DNA of 64,000 nt, taken from NCBI GenBank assembly GCA_037441285.1, contig JBBISL010000001.1:88899-152898 (forward strand). The letters run 5' to 3'. A model generated the notes under the pieces. That model saw only the letters and a list, made by a program, of their open reading frames with translations. It was not told where the DNA came from and made no database searches. Positions within the stretch are counted from its first letter, which is position 1; every line of letters starts with the position of its first letter. The DNA comes from a candidate division WOR-3 bacterium. GTDB taxonomy: Bacteria > Hydrothermota > Tepidihabitantia > Tepidihabitantales > Tepidihabitantaceae. Positions 46,801-57,136 of this stretch are shown here, piece by piece. A program made the translations under genes and the position numbers.

Positions 46801-48027
46801 ATGGAGTTAAGTTTACACTCTGGAGACAGGTATGAAACAGTTAGTATCCCGGATGAGAACATCCTCGGAATTTTAACCCCGATTCCTCAAAAAATCTTTG
46901 ATGTTCCGCTGCAACCGGTTATCAATTCGGCAACTGAATTTATCGAAAAGCACCAACAGATCCTGATTCTGGTCAACGACTACACCCGACCCACTCCCAA
47001 TCAGCCCTTTCTCACTCCACTTCTGCCGGCTCTTTGCTCCCGGCAGACAAAAATCCTTATCGGTTTGGGCACCCACCGCAAAGCGACCGAAACTGAATTG
47101 AAAAACATTCTCGGCTCAGACACCTTTTCTGCTTTATCTTCAGCAATCGTCCAACACGACGCCCGCGACCGTTCTACCCTATTTTTTCTGGGCAAAACCG
47201 CGTTCGGCACCGATGTTTATCTCAACCGACAAATCCTCTGGGCTGATGCCATTCTCACAATCAACTCAATTGAACCCCATTACTTCGCCGGATATACCGG
47301 AGGCAGAAAGTGTTTTATACCGGGCTGTGCCGCATACGAAACAACAATTCACAACCACAACCTTCTCCTCCATCCCGCTTCGGCTCCACTTTCATTAAAG
47401 GACAACCCGGTTCACCTCGATATGACCGAGGCAGCAAAAATGGTTGCCATACCCATCTTCTCAATTCAGATTGTCCAGGACGCGAACCACCGTCTTTTGT
47501 CGGTTCATTACGGCGACCTCTTTACCTCATTTGAAAGCGCCTGTGCCGATGCCTACCAGCTTTTTGCCCTGCCCATCAAAGAAAAAGCGGACATCGTTTT
47601 AAGTGTCCTGCAGCCCCCTTATGATATCAACTTCTATCAGTCCCAGCGGGCACTGGAATTTGGCATCTATGCATTAAAAGATGGGGGCATTCAAATTACC
47701 GTGTCGCGCTGTCACCAGAAAATTGGCAACGATGAGTTTATCCGGGTACTTGCTTCTTGTGACCAACCCGAGTGCCTCCTCAAGGGTGAAAAATCGGACC
47801 ATCCCGGCTGGTATAAAGCGGCGCGCCTGGCACGGGCGATGCAAAAGGCAAAACTTTACACGGTGATGGGCGTTGAAGACCGAGTTATCAAATCCTGCTT
47901 TATGACCCCGTTCCATTCAATCTCAGAGGCGCTGGCTGCGGCGTTTCAGGAAGTGGGTAACAAAGCAAAAATTTACATCATCCCTGATGCCGGAGCCGTG
48001 GTCCCGATACCACCAAACGCCCAATAA
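46801..48027 (+). CDS. larA: LarA-family nickel-pincer racemase/epimerase
   Basis: VNDYTRPTP, GLGTHR, HDA, PHYFAGYTGGRK, NH, NPVHLDM, INFYQ. Confidence 0.85.
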   Translation: MELSLHSGDRYETVSIPDENILGILTPIPQKIFDVPLQPVINSATEFIEKHQQILILVNDYTRPTPNQPFLTPLLPALCSRQTKILIGLGTHRKATETELKNILGSDTFSALSSAIVQHDARDRSTLFFLGKTAFGTDVYLNRQILWADAILTINSIEPHYFAGYTGGRKCFIPGCAAYETTIHNHNLLLHPASAPLSLKDNPVHLDMTEAAKMVAIPIFSIQIVQDANHRLLSVHYGDLFTSFESACADAYQLFALPIKEKADIVLSVLQPPYDINFYQSQRALEFGIYALKDGGIQITVSRCHQKIGNDEFIRVLASCDQPECLLKGEKSDHPGWYKAARLARAMQKAKLYTVMGVEDRVIKSCFMTPFHSISEALAAAFQEVGNKAKIYIIPDAGAVVPIPPNAQ

Positions 48028-48118
48028 ACCATAAACCTCATTGTGAATCTTGGGTTCTGAATCAATACGGTGATGATGCCCGCTTGACTTCATCCTCTGT
48101 CATCTTACAATTAAGCCA

Positions 48119-49408
48119 ATGGATACAACAGTTGAAAAAATCGGCGCATATGTGGACAAACAGGTTCGTTTAACCGGCTGGGTTTACAACAAACGCTCCT
48201 CAGGAAAGATTCGCTTTGTCCTGCTACGCGACGGGACCGGAATCATCCAGTGTGTTTTTGTCCAAAACAGCGTCCCTGACGAGGCGTTTGAACTTGCCGA
48301 CTCAATCCCGCAAGAGTCCGCAGTGGAAATCACCGGAATAGCACGGGAAGAAAAAAGGGCACCAGGAGGTTATGAACTGACCGCGCAGGACCTTAAAGTC
48401 ATCGCCCTTGCCGAACCTTACCCGATTACACCCAAGGAACATGGCATCGAGTTTTTGATGGCAAACCGGCACCTCTGGTTACGCTCCCGTCGCCAGGTAG
48501 CGATTTTACGGATTCGCAACGAAATTATCAAGGCGCTGCGTGACTATCTTGAAGAACAGGGGTTTCTCTGTTGTGATACCCCGATATTGACCCCGGCATC
48601 AGTCGAAGGCACAACAACCCTGTTCCCGGTTGACTACTACGGCGAGCAGGTCTATCTCACCCAGTCCGGACAACTCTACAATGAGGCGCTCTGTGCCGCG
48701 GTACGGAAGACCTACTGCTTTGGTCCAACCTTTCGTGCTGAGAAGTCCAAAACCCGACGCCATCTCACCGAATTCTGGATGCTCGAACCGGAAATCGCCT
48801 TCCTTGACCTCAATGGCACAATGGACTTAATGGAAGATATGATTTACTATCTAATTAAACGCATCCTCGAAAAACGACAACCAGAACTGGAAACACTGGA
48901 ACGGGATATCACCAAACTTCAGGCGGTAAAGAAGCCATTTCCGCGCATCACCTATCGCGAGGCGCTGGAGATTCTAAAAAATGCCGGTAAACCAATAGAG
49001 TTTGGCGACGACTTTGGCGGTGATGAGGAAACGGTGATAAGTCAGGCGTTCAACACCCCGGTGATGATTCACCGTTTTCCGGCTAAGATTAAGGCGTTCT
49101 ATATGAAGCGTGCCCCGGAAAACCCCGACCTGGCATTGGGAGTTGATATGATTGCACCGGAAGGCTACGGTGAAATTATTGGAGGTGGCCAGAGAGAAGA
49201 TGATTTAGCAACCCTTGAACAGAGGCTCAAGGAGTTCAATCTACCGCGCGATGCCTACTCCTGGTACATTGATTTGCGCCGATTCGGCTCTTTTCCCCAC
49301 TCCGGATTTGGCTTGGGATTGGAACGCACTGTCGCCTGGATTTGTGGCTTAAAGCATGTGCGGGAAACAATTCCTTTCCCGCGACTTTTGGAAAAGGTTT
49401 ATCCTTAA
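48119..49408 (+). CDS. asnS: asparagine--tRNA ligase
   Basis: LRDGTG, RHLWLR, YLTQSGQLY, FRAEKSKTRRHLTEFWM, GEIIGGGQRE, PHSGFGLGLER, IPFPR. Confidence 0.96.
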   Translation: MDTTVEKIGAYVDKQVRLTGWVYNKRSSGKIRFVLLRDGTGIIQCVFVQNSVPDEAFELADSIPQESAVEITGIAREEKRAPGGYELTAQDLKVIALAEPYPITPKEHGIEFLMANRHLWLRSRRQVAILRIRNEIIKALRDYLEEQGFLCCDTPILTPASVEGTTTLFPVDYYGEQVYLTQSGQLYNEALCAAVRKTYCFGPTFRAEKSKTRRHLTEFWMLEPEIAFLDLNGTMDLMEDMIYYLIKRILEKRQPELETLERDITKLQAVKKPFPRITYREALEILKNAGKPIEFGDDFGGDEETVISQAFNTPVMIHRFPAKIKAFYMKRAPENPDLALGVDMIAPEGYGEIIGGGQREDDLATLEQRLKEFNLPRDAYSWYIDLRRFGSFPHSGFGLGLERTVAWICGLKHVRETIPFPRLLEKVYP

Positions 49409-49420
49409 AAGGAGGTTAAA

Positions 49421-49678
49421 ATGCCTGAAACAAAAGTCGGAGTTATCACCCACTACTTTGGCAAAATCGGCGTAGCCGTGGTCAAGGCAACCGATGGACC
49501 AATTGCCGTGGGTGATAAAATTCACATCAAAGGTCACACCACCGACCACACCCAGATTGTCGAATCGCTCCAGATTGAACACGCTCCGGTAAACCGGCTT
49601 GAAATCGGCCAGGAAGCTGGAATGAAGGTAACGGCACGTGTCCATGAACATGATGAGGTGTTTAAGGTTACTGATTAA
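49421..49678 (+). CDS. small translation-factor-like beta-barrel protein (EF-Tu domain II / U32 C-terminal-like)
   Basis: VGVITHYFGKIGVAVV...VGDKIHIKGHTTD..Q.VESLQIEH...GQEAGMKV...V.E.D.VFKV; SD AAGGAGGT. Confidence 0.75.
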   Translation: MPETKVGVITHYFGKIGVAVVKATDGPIAVGDKIHIKGHTTDHTQIVESLQIEHAPVNRLEIGQEAGMKVTARVHEHDEVFKVTD

Positions 49679-49713
49679 GACTCCATTAATATCGCTGCCA
49701 TAAAAGGAGGAGT

Positions 49714-49821
49714 ATGCCCCGAAGCAAAACAAAGGTAAAACGGATGCGTCATCGCTGGATATTAAAGAAAAGGCGCCGGGATGAAGCCCGCAAGAAGATG
49801 TTGCAATCCTCCCGGCAGTAG
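49714..49821 (+). CDS. 35-aa highly basic small protein, candidate ribosome-associated peptide
   Basis: AAAGGAGGAGT-ATG; MPRSKTKVKRMRHRWILKKRRRDEARKKMLQSSRQ*; below the ORF-track size cut-off. Confidence 0.7.
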   Translation: MPRSKTKVKRMRHRWILKKRRRDEARKKMLQSSRQ

Positions 49822-49888
49822 TGCTCGACAAAAAAATCAAATTTACGGAAGATGTAAATTAACTCTTTGAAACCTTAGACCCTTAGTT

Positions 49889-52765
49889 ATGCGTCAACTG
49901 TTTCTTGCCCCATTTTCCTGTCCGAACGCCACCGAACAACTTCTTAGGGCGGTGTTAAAAACCGGTGTCTTACCTCAGGAAATTTTTTACTTTACGCCCA
50001 GCCCCCGAAAACTACGCGCCACTCAGGTGCTCTTCGCTCAGATTTATGGTAAATCGGCATTTGTTCCGCCGGCATTCTTCACCCTGCGCCAGTTTGCCCT
50101 GAAACTCAACAGTGAGTATTGCGACCGGTGCCCCTTTCCCGATGAGTTAAAGCCCCTTCTCATTCGCCAGTTGTTTCTCCGCAAAAAGAAAAAAGTCACA
50201 ATTGGTTATGCCCAGGTTGTTGCCCGATTTATCGAAGACCTGAAACGCCACATCACGCCCGAGGAACAGAACACTCTACCCGAACGGCTAAAGAAAATGG
50301 ATGTATTCATTGGTCACGAAAAGGTACTCCAGCGTTTACTTGACGCCCACCAGATAATGAACGATTACAACAGCGCCCTTAATAAATCGGGCTGGATTGA
50401 CAGCGAAGACATTCTCAGTCAGGCACCACGGCTCCTTGAAAAAGTTCCCACAATAAAGGTCCTTATTTTTGACAGTTTTGTTGCACCCAACCGGCTCGAG
50501 ATGGAACTTATTACCGCGCTGATTGATAAGGCAGAACACACCTTTGCTTTAGGCTATGGTACCTCTGACCCTAATCCCGGTTACGACCTTGCCCGGATAT
50601 TTAACGATTTTATTCTCTCCCAACCGGGTTTTACATTGCACCCTTTAACCTTTGAAGACAACAAAGAAACAGTACCGACGATATGGCGTTTTCCTACCGC
50701 CGAAGACGAAGTTACTGGCATCTGCCGCCAACTACGCATTCAGGCAGAGGGGTCAGGATTAAAGAATACATATGTCGTCTTTCCCCGTCTTAACGAGTAC
50801 GCACCGCTCGTGAACCGCATCTTTCGTCATTACGAAATCCCGTTCACCATCTATCCCGAATCACCGCTATCCTCATCGCCTGTGATAATTGCCGTGCTCG
50901 AACTCCTCAACGCCCTGAACACCGACTACGAACGGGTTTCCACGACCGCCGCATTCTCCTCCCCCTTCTTCCCCGGGCTCTTGCGCCTATCTGAAGACAA
51001 CAACGCGATTGACCCGCACACCGGACTAAATAGCCGTAACCGCGCCGCCCGGATGCTCAACATGGTCTCCCGCCGCGCCGGCATCATTAAAGGCAGAGAA
51101 AACTGGCACAATATTGCCGAAAGGATAATCCGTGCTGAAACACTGGACGAATCCGAACCGGAAGCCCGTTTCCTACGCGAAATTCAGCAACGCGTCCGTC
51201 AGGCGCTTGGTATCACCGAAAAAATCCTTGAACCGGCAGATACACTCGGCAGTCAGGCACGCCGGCTCAAACAGTTTCTTGAAACCGTTGATTACGGCAC
51301 CAACATCATGCCCGACGACCCAGTTGGTTCAGAAATGGTTGAAGACCGCAAAAAACTGTACGACATTCTTGACACTATCGTTGAATTTGAAGCCGAATTT
51401 GGCGGCAGTAAAGAAACTCGCACCGACTTCGTAAAAATTATCAATCAGTTACTATCCCTGAGCCCGAAAACTTCGGAACTGGACCAGCAAGGGGTTGTTG
51501 TCCTCGGTATGGAAGAAACGCTGGGTATCACCGCGGACAATTTGTACTTTGCCGGCTTAACCGAAAACGCCCTGCCCGGTGCCTATCAACCCGACCCGCT
51601 CATTCCCGAAAAGATAAGAAAACAACTGGGTCTGCCGGACATCGATTGGCATCGAGACTGGCAGCGATTTCACTTTCACCGCACGCTCGGTTCCTGCCTT
51701 AATCAACCATTCCTCAGTTTTCCTGAAACCCATGATGGCAATCCGGTGCTGTCCACACCTTTCCTGCCGGACATTAAACCCAGCCTTGATATTGCCGAAC
51801 CCTGCCATCTTACTGAAAACACCGTTATCTACTCAGAAATAGAACACCAACTCTATCTTGGAAAAATGTCAAATGTCACCTTCGAACAACTCACACATTC
51901 GGTTGACTTCTCAGCTGAGCCCGAGGCTCAGGAGATTATCAGTGACCGATTTGGTCCTGACTCCTACATTTCGGTTACCGCCCTGGAGCGCTATCGGCGC
52001 TGTCCATTTATTTTTTATCTTGAAGATGTGTTAGGGCTGGAAATAACACCGGAACCGGAGTATGTGGTTGATGCCCAGCAATGGGGTATTTTGCTCCACA
52101 ACATCTTTAAACTTATTTATTCCGGCGCCACCATCCCATCCCTGAAAGAAATTGAATCAAATGCCGAAAGGTTGCTCAACCGAGTTTTGAAAGATGCCGG
52201 ATTACCCCGGTTCTGGGCTGAGGTAACCCGTCGGGTTTTCAAAAACATTTTGCCCCGGTTCATTGAACAGGAAAAGGAATTACGCAAAGAAGGATTTTTC
52301 CCTTCTAAAACTGAATATGTACTCAAGGGCGCCATCGCCCCGAACATTAAGGTGAAGGGTCGAATTGACCGCATCGACTCATCAGATACAGCGGTTCGAA
52401 TTCTCGATTACAAAACCGGCGCCGACCTGATTTCCAAGCAGGATGTAATAAAATACCGCACCTATCTCCAATTACCACTTTATGCTCACCTGCTCACGGA
52501 ACAAGCAGAGTTCGGGCAAAAGAATGTTGACAATATTGGTTTTTATCACATCCGCAGTGCCGAAATCAACTGGCTCGCCAAAAGAGAAACTACCGTTGCT
52601 GATTTAATTCAGGCGGCAATTCCAAACGCCGCTGAAATCGTTGAAGCCATCAGAATGGGTAAGTTTATTGCCCAACCCAGTAAGAAAAACAATTGTCGCA
52701 ACTGCGACTTTCAATTCACCTGCGGTTATAAAACAGGGGCGTCTGAAGATGACAACGGAGGCTAA
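49889..52765 (+). CDS. addB: AddB/RexB-like inactive helicase plus PD-(D/E)xK nuclease
   Basis: SVTALERYRRCP, GRIDRID...DYKTG, QLPLY, CRNCDFQFTC (four Fe-S Cys). Confidence 0.82.
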   Translation: MRQLFLAPFSCPNATEQLLRAVLKTGVLPQEIFYFTPSPRKLRATQVLFAQIYGKSAFVPPAFFTLRQFALKLNSEYCDRCPFPDELKPLLIRQLFLRKKKKVTIGYAQVVARFIEDLKRHITPEEQNTLPERLKKMDVFIGHEKVLQRLLDAHQIMNDYNSALNKSGWIDSEDILSQAPRLLEKVPTIKVLIFDSFVAPNRLEMELITALIDKAEHTFALGYGTSDPNPGYDLARIFNDFILSQPGFTLHPLTFEDNKETVPTIWRFPTAEDEVTGICRQLRIQAEGSGLKNTYVVFPRLNEYAPLVNRIFRHYEIPFTIYPESPLSSSPVIIAVLELLNALNTDYERVSTTAAFSSPFFPGLLRLSEDNNAIDPHTGLNSRNRAARMLNMVSRRAGIIKGRENWHNIAERIIRAETLDESEPEARFLREIQQRVRQALGITEKILEPADTLGSQARRLKQFLETVDYGTNIMPDDPVGSEMVEDRKKLYDILDTIVEFEAEFGGSKETRTDFVKIINQLLSLSPKTSELDQQGVVVLGMEETLGITADNLYFAGLTENALPGAYQPDPLIPEKIRKQLGLPDIDWHRDWQRFHFHRTLGSCLNQPFLSFPETHDGNPVLSTPFLPDIKPSLDIAEPCHLTENTVIYSEIEHQLYLGKMSNVTFEQLTHSVDFSAEPEAQEIISDRFGPDSYISVTALERYRRCPFIFYLEDVLGLEITPEPEYVVDAQQWGILLHNIFKLIYSGATIPSLKEIESNAERLLNRVLKDAGLPRFWAEVTRRVFKNILPRFIEQEKELRKEGFFPSKTEYVLKGAIAPNIKVKGRIDRIDSSDTAVRILDYKTGADLISKQDVIKYRTYLQLPLYAHLLTEQAEFGQKNVDNIGFYHIRSAEINWLAKRETTVADLIQAAIPNAAEIVEAIRMGKFIAQPSKKNNCRNCDFQFTCGYKTGASEDDNGG

Positions 52766-55700
52766 ATGAACGTACTTCAGAGCAAAGTGGTTTTTGCCCC
52801 AGCCGGTTCAGGCAAAACCGAGCAACTGAGCGAACGGTACATCCAACTGTTAAGGCAAAATGTTCCACCCGAACGGATTCTTACCATCACCTTCACCGAC
52901 AAAGCAGCAACCGAAATGAAAGAACGGATTCTGAAAAAGGCGGCGGAAACAGACCCCAAACTCTCTCAACTCTTACGCGACAACATCTTGAGACTGCGGA
53001 TTTCTACGATTCATTCCTTCTGTTTTTCACTGGTACGCCGATTTGCCTATCTCCTCGATATTGACCCCAACCCTCAGGCGCTTACCGATTCTGAATCTTT
53101 GTGGTCACAAACAAAGTACGACACCCTGATGAAAATCGCTGAAGAAAATGTGGATTCCAACGAGTACCGGTTGCTCCTTGACCTGATAACCACCGAAACT
53201 AAGCAAAACTGGGATAAGCTGTCGCAACTTTTTAATCAGCTCTTCAAACGGCGCATTGCTGCGCTCCGGGTTCAAACGCAAAATATATCAACATTTGAAA
53301 TCTCTGAACTTGCCCGGCAATTAAAAAACCACCCCGTAACCAAATCTCAAATTGAAAATCATGAACCCCTTTTCCCGAAAAATTTCACTCCTGAAAATAT
53401 TGAACTTGCCTATCAACTATTAGAAAGAAATAAAGTGATATTTTTAACCCAGGAAAATGAGCCCCGGAAAAAAGGTTTCAACCCTCAAGAACAAAAGTGG
53501 GCGCAACTAATGACACGCTATCGATGGTTGCTGCTCAACGCGCGTGCCCAGTACCAGTTTGCCAATCAGTTCTGGCTGTTTCGAGAAATTTTTCTCAAAA
53601 CCTACGAAGAAGTGAAGCGCGAATTGGGACAGGTTGACTATGACGATATGGAACTTCTTGCTCTTAAACTTATCAGCCAGCATGATGAGTGGCAGAATAT
53701 CCTCTATGCCTTTGATGAATGCACCGACCATATCCTGGTTGATGAATTTCAGGACACCTCCTTTCTCCAATGGGAAATCATTGACAAACTGACCGAAGAG
53801 TGGCGCGCCGGCGAAGGGGCAAAAACCGCTAAGGGTATTACCCCCACAATCTTTATTGTTGGGGACGACAAACAGTCAATTTATCTATTTCGGGGCGCCA
53901 ATGTCGAGGTATTTACGCGAGCCGCTGAGCGATTGGAAAACTGGCTGGGAAAAGAAAAGTTCAACCGTACCACCCTGAAAAACAACTACCGCTCGCTGCC
54001 GGCAATAATCCACTTTAACAATACACTTTTTTCCCGGTTAATGGCACCCGGAACTGAACAACCAGCCTGGTGCACCCGCTATGCCCCATTTGTCTGTCAG
54101 CGCACCAGAAATGGACCGGGTCGAGTGGAAATTGTCCTCCACCCGCCAGAAGAAAAAATCAACATCCCGGAAAGCCGACAGATTGATGCCCGGATTGTTG
54201 CCCGACGCATTCGCGCGCTGATTGATAACGGCTATCAAATTTACGAGCGCCAGTCCGACGGTAGTGAAAATCCTCGTCCCTGCCGTTACCAGGATATTGC
54301 CATCCTTATTCGCAACCGCACCCAGCTCGACGCCATTGAAAAAGCGTTGCGCGACTACTCAATTCCGTTTCTGGTAGTTGGGGGCACCGGATTCTACCAA
54401 GAAGCCGAAATCCGCTATCTTGCTGCCCTGACATCTTTTCTTATTGACCCGGCAGATGACATCGCCCTTTATATTACATTACGCAGCCCCTTATTCAGCA
54501 TCAAAGAAAAAGACCTGCTCGTCATCAGTAACGGCCAATACCCAGCTAAAAATTTTCCTCCTACCCTCTGGGAACGGGTAAGCGTGTTTGCCACTGATAA
54601 CCACGAACTCACAACTGCGGTCCAAATCCTCAACACCGCCCTTTCCCGGGTCAATTACGAACCGCTCCATTTGATTGTCGACCGAATTCTCACCCAGACC
54701 CGAGCATGGGAGAAGTTCTGGGAACCACAGCGCGCGGCTAATGTCAAAAAGTTCCTTCAGATTATTCAAAATATGGAACTTGAAGGTATCAACCTCTACC
54801 GCATCAAAAAATTCCTCGAAGACAGCGAAAAAGACGAGGCACGTGCCGATGTCACGATTAGCGGAATGGATGTCGTCCAAATAATGACTGTGCATGCAGC
54901 AAAAGGTTTACAGTTTCCCATCGTATTTCACCCCGGACTAAATGAAGAAATCCTGGCACGAAATAGTTATAAAGAAGACCTGATCATCGACGAAACGATT
55001 AACGAACAGGGCATCGTTGAAGCACAGGCATATTACCTACCCGACCGCGATGTTCGGAAAAACCATCCGGTTTTTCAAACCGTTCTCGAAAAGCAAATCG
55101 AGGAAGAGAAGCGGGTTTTTTATGTCGCCTGTACCCGTGCCTGTGATGCACTCTTTCTCACCGGCGTCTGGCAAATGAGTACCAAAACTGACGGGAAAGA
55201 AAAGACAAAACTTGACTGGTTAAAAAAACATCTCGGACTGAACTTTGATGGTAAGGAGTTTAAGTTTGAAAACGCTAACATCGAGAATGTCTATTGTATT
55301 AATGCCACCACCCTACCCGAACCTGTTTTACCAGTCCCGGAAGTGAAAGAAGGACCGAAACCGGTGGTCAAAAAGGGTCCAATTTCTCCGATTACATTAC
55401 CGCAGGTCCGTTCCGTAACCCGTTATACACCCCACGACCATTCCCGGCATCACCCTGAAGCCATCGTCCTTGGTGATGTTTTTCATCGCCTCTTTGAAAT
55501 GTTTTCAACCAGCCGATTGGCACCCGAAGACCCCGCACTTAAACAAGAAATTGTGCGGCTACTCCGTCAAAATTCCATTCCTCAGGACCGTTTAGATAAA
55601 CTAACCCGGGTTGTAACAACGCAAATTAAACGAATCACCTCTTCCCCACTCTGGGAAATTATTATGCCGCAGCCCGACTCCTTCGCAGAGCTTCCCCTGA

Positions 55701-55957
55701 TGTATCAAGACGGCGAGACCTTATGGAACTGCCGCATTGACCGATTGATTGTCCTACCCAATGAGGTGCGGGTGTATGATTACAAAACATTTCCGATAAA
55801 AGAAACCGAGATTCCCACCCTGACCCAGGAGTATTACGAACTGCAACTTAAACATTACGCCGCTGCGGCTCGGTCAATGTTTCCCGATAAAAAGGTGAAT
55901 GTATACCTGGTGTTCACCAGCGCTTTGCGTATTGTCCCGGTGTCTACCGAACCTTAA
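52766..55957 (+). CDS. addA: AddA/RexA-like UvrD helicase-nuclease
   Basis: APAGSGKT, ITFTDKAA, DEFQDT, VGDDKQSIYLFRGA, NYRS, MTVHAAKGLQF, YVACTRA, RIDRL...DYKT. Confidence 0.88.
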   Translation: MNVLQSKVVFAPAGSGKTEQLSERYIQLLRQNVPPERILTITFTDKAATEMKERILKKAAETDPKLSQLLRDNILRLRISTIHSFCFSLVRRFAYLLDIDPNPQALTDSESLWSQTKYDTLMKIAEENVDSNEYRLLLDLITTETKQNWDKLSQLFNQLFKRRIAALRVQTQNISTFEISELARQLKNHPVTKSQIENHEPLFPKNFTPENIELAYQLLERNKVIFLTQENEPRKKGFNPQEQKWAQLMTRYRWLLLNARAQYQFANQFWLFREIFLKTYEEVKRELGQVDYDDMELLALKLISQHDEWQNILYAFDECTDHILVDEFQDTSFLQWEIIDKLTEEWRAGEGAKTAKGITPTIFIVGDDKQSIYLFRGANVEVFTRAAERLENWLGKEKFNRTTLKNNYRSLPAIIHFNNTLFSRLMAPGTEQPAWCTRYAPFVCQRTRNGPGRVEIVLHPPEEKINIPESRQIDARIVARRIRALIDNGYQIYERQSDGSENPRPCRYQDIAILIRNRTQLDAIEKALRDYSIPFLVVGGTGFYQEAEIRYLAALTSFLIDPADDIALYITLRSPLFSIKEKDLLVISNGQYPAKNFPPTLWERVSVFATDNHELTTAVQILNTALSRVNYEPLHLIVDRILTQTRAWEKFWEPQRAANVKKFLQIIQNMELEGINLYRIKKFLEDSEKDEARADVTISGMDVVQIMTVHAAKGLQFPIVFHPGLNEEILARNSYKEDLIIDETINEQGIVEAQAYYLPDRDVRKNHPVFQTVLEKQIEEEKRVFYVACTRACDALFLTGVWQMSTKTDGKEKTKLDWLKKHLGLNFDGKEFKFENANIENVYCINATTLPEPVLPVPEVKEGPKPVVKKGPISPITLPQVRSVTRYTPHDHSRHHPEAIVLGDVFHRLFEMFSTSRLAPEDPALKQEIVRLLRQNSIPQDRLDKLTRVVTTQIKRITSSPLWEIIMPQPDSFAELPLMYQDGETLWNCRIDRLIVLPNEVRVYDYKTFPIKETEIPTLTQEYYELQLKHYAAAARSMFPDKKVNVYLVFTSALRIVPVSTEP

Positions 55958-56044
55958 TTTAAAAAGCCGGCGTTACATCGCCATTCTTCAAAATTATTTA
56001 CATTTTGCTTGACACCTAATTGGTTTGCTCTAAACTCCAATTTA

Positions 56045-57127
56045 ATGTGGCACTTAATTTTACTATTCATTGCGATTTTACCACCAACCGACATCACCGT
56101 CTGCGATGTTCCCAACGACGAAGGCGGCAAACTCCTTGTCACCTGGCAGAAATCACCCGACACAACTGTGATCAGTTACCGGGTGTTACGCCAACAGCAA
56201 GGCTCAGAAGAGTGGGAGACACTCGCCTTTGTCGGCAGACTCACATCTCGTTATGTCGATGACGAAGTACAAAACAAGGTACCCTATCGCTACAAAATCC
56301 TCGCCGCATCAACAACAGAAACTGCTGAATCTGAAGCGTCCCAATTTGCCATCGCTATCCCGCAGTGGTTTGACAAATCAACAGTCCCTGCTCTCATTGG
56401 CACCATAGTATTAAGTTTAATTTTTGTCTATTTTATCAACCGGGCAAAAAGGAACCGTTCCCTGTTTATCCGCCGAATCACCGGATTAGATGCTGTGGAA
56501 GAAGCGCTGGGCAGAGCAACTGAAATGGGACGAGCAACTTTGTATGTCCCCGGACTCTCAACCGTGAGCGATGTTGCGACCATCGCCTCATTAAACATCC
56601 TGGGCGAAGTGGCAAAAAAGACCGCCCAATTCGGAACTCCGTTAATCGTTCCCACCAGTGACCCGATTGTTTACACCGTTGCTCGCGAAGTTGTCAAGGA
56701 ATCTTACACTACAGCGGGCCGTCCTGACGCATTCCATCAGGACATCGTCTTCTTTGTTACCGACCAGCAATTCGCCTTTGCTGCCGCGGTTGACGGCATT
56801 ATGACCCGAGAAAAGCCTGCCACCAACTTTCTGATTGGGATGTTCTGGGCGGAATCTCTGATTCTTGCCGAAACCGGTGCGGCAACTGGTGCAATTCAGA
56901 TTGCCGGCACCGATGCCATTGCCCAGTTACCGTTCTTTATCACCGCCTGCGACTACACTCTGATTGGTGAAGAGCTTTATGCGGCAAGCGCCTACATCTC
57001 GCGCGAACCCCTGCTTCTCGGCGCTATTAAGGGTCAGGATTACTCCAAGGCGCTAATCACGATTTTGATTCTTTTAATGTCCTTGCTCGCGTTGGGTTTT
57101 AATCTACCCGTGCTCAACTGGCTTTAA
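56045..57127 (+). CDS. membrane protein: signal peptide, FN3-like domain, TM, DUF6754-like domain, TM
   Basis: DVPNDEGGKLLVTW...Y.YKI FN3 pattern; IRRITGLDAVEEALGRATEMGR; ESLILAETG; QLPFFITACDYTLIGEELYAASAY; ATG 56045 follows TTGACA-16-TAAACT. Confidence 0.75.
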   Translation: MWHLILLFIAILPPTDITVCDVPNDEGGKLLVTWQKSPDTTVISYRVLRQQQGSEEWETLAFVGRLTSRYVDDEVQNKVPYRYKILAASTTETAESEASQFAIAIPQWFDKSTVPALIGTIVLSLIFVYFINRAKRNRSLFIRRITGLDAVEEALGRATEMGRATLYVPGLSTVSDVATIASLNILGEVAKKTAQFGTPLIVPTSDPIVYTVAREVVKESYTTAGRPDAFHQDIVFFVTDQQFAFAAAVDGIMTREKPATNFLIGMFWAESLILAETGAATGAIQIAGTDAIAQLPFFITACDYTLIGEELYAASAYISREPLLLGAIKGQDYSKALITILILLMSLLALGFNLPVLNWL

Positions 57128-57136
57128 GGAGGTATT

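Noticed and set aside
49889..55957. Novel helicase-nuclease defence system or Cas4-like module
   Set aside because: Order, sizes, motifs and the Fe-S nuclease match housekeeping AddAB recombination enzymes
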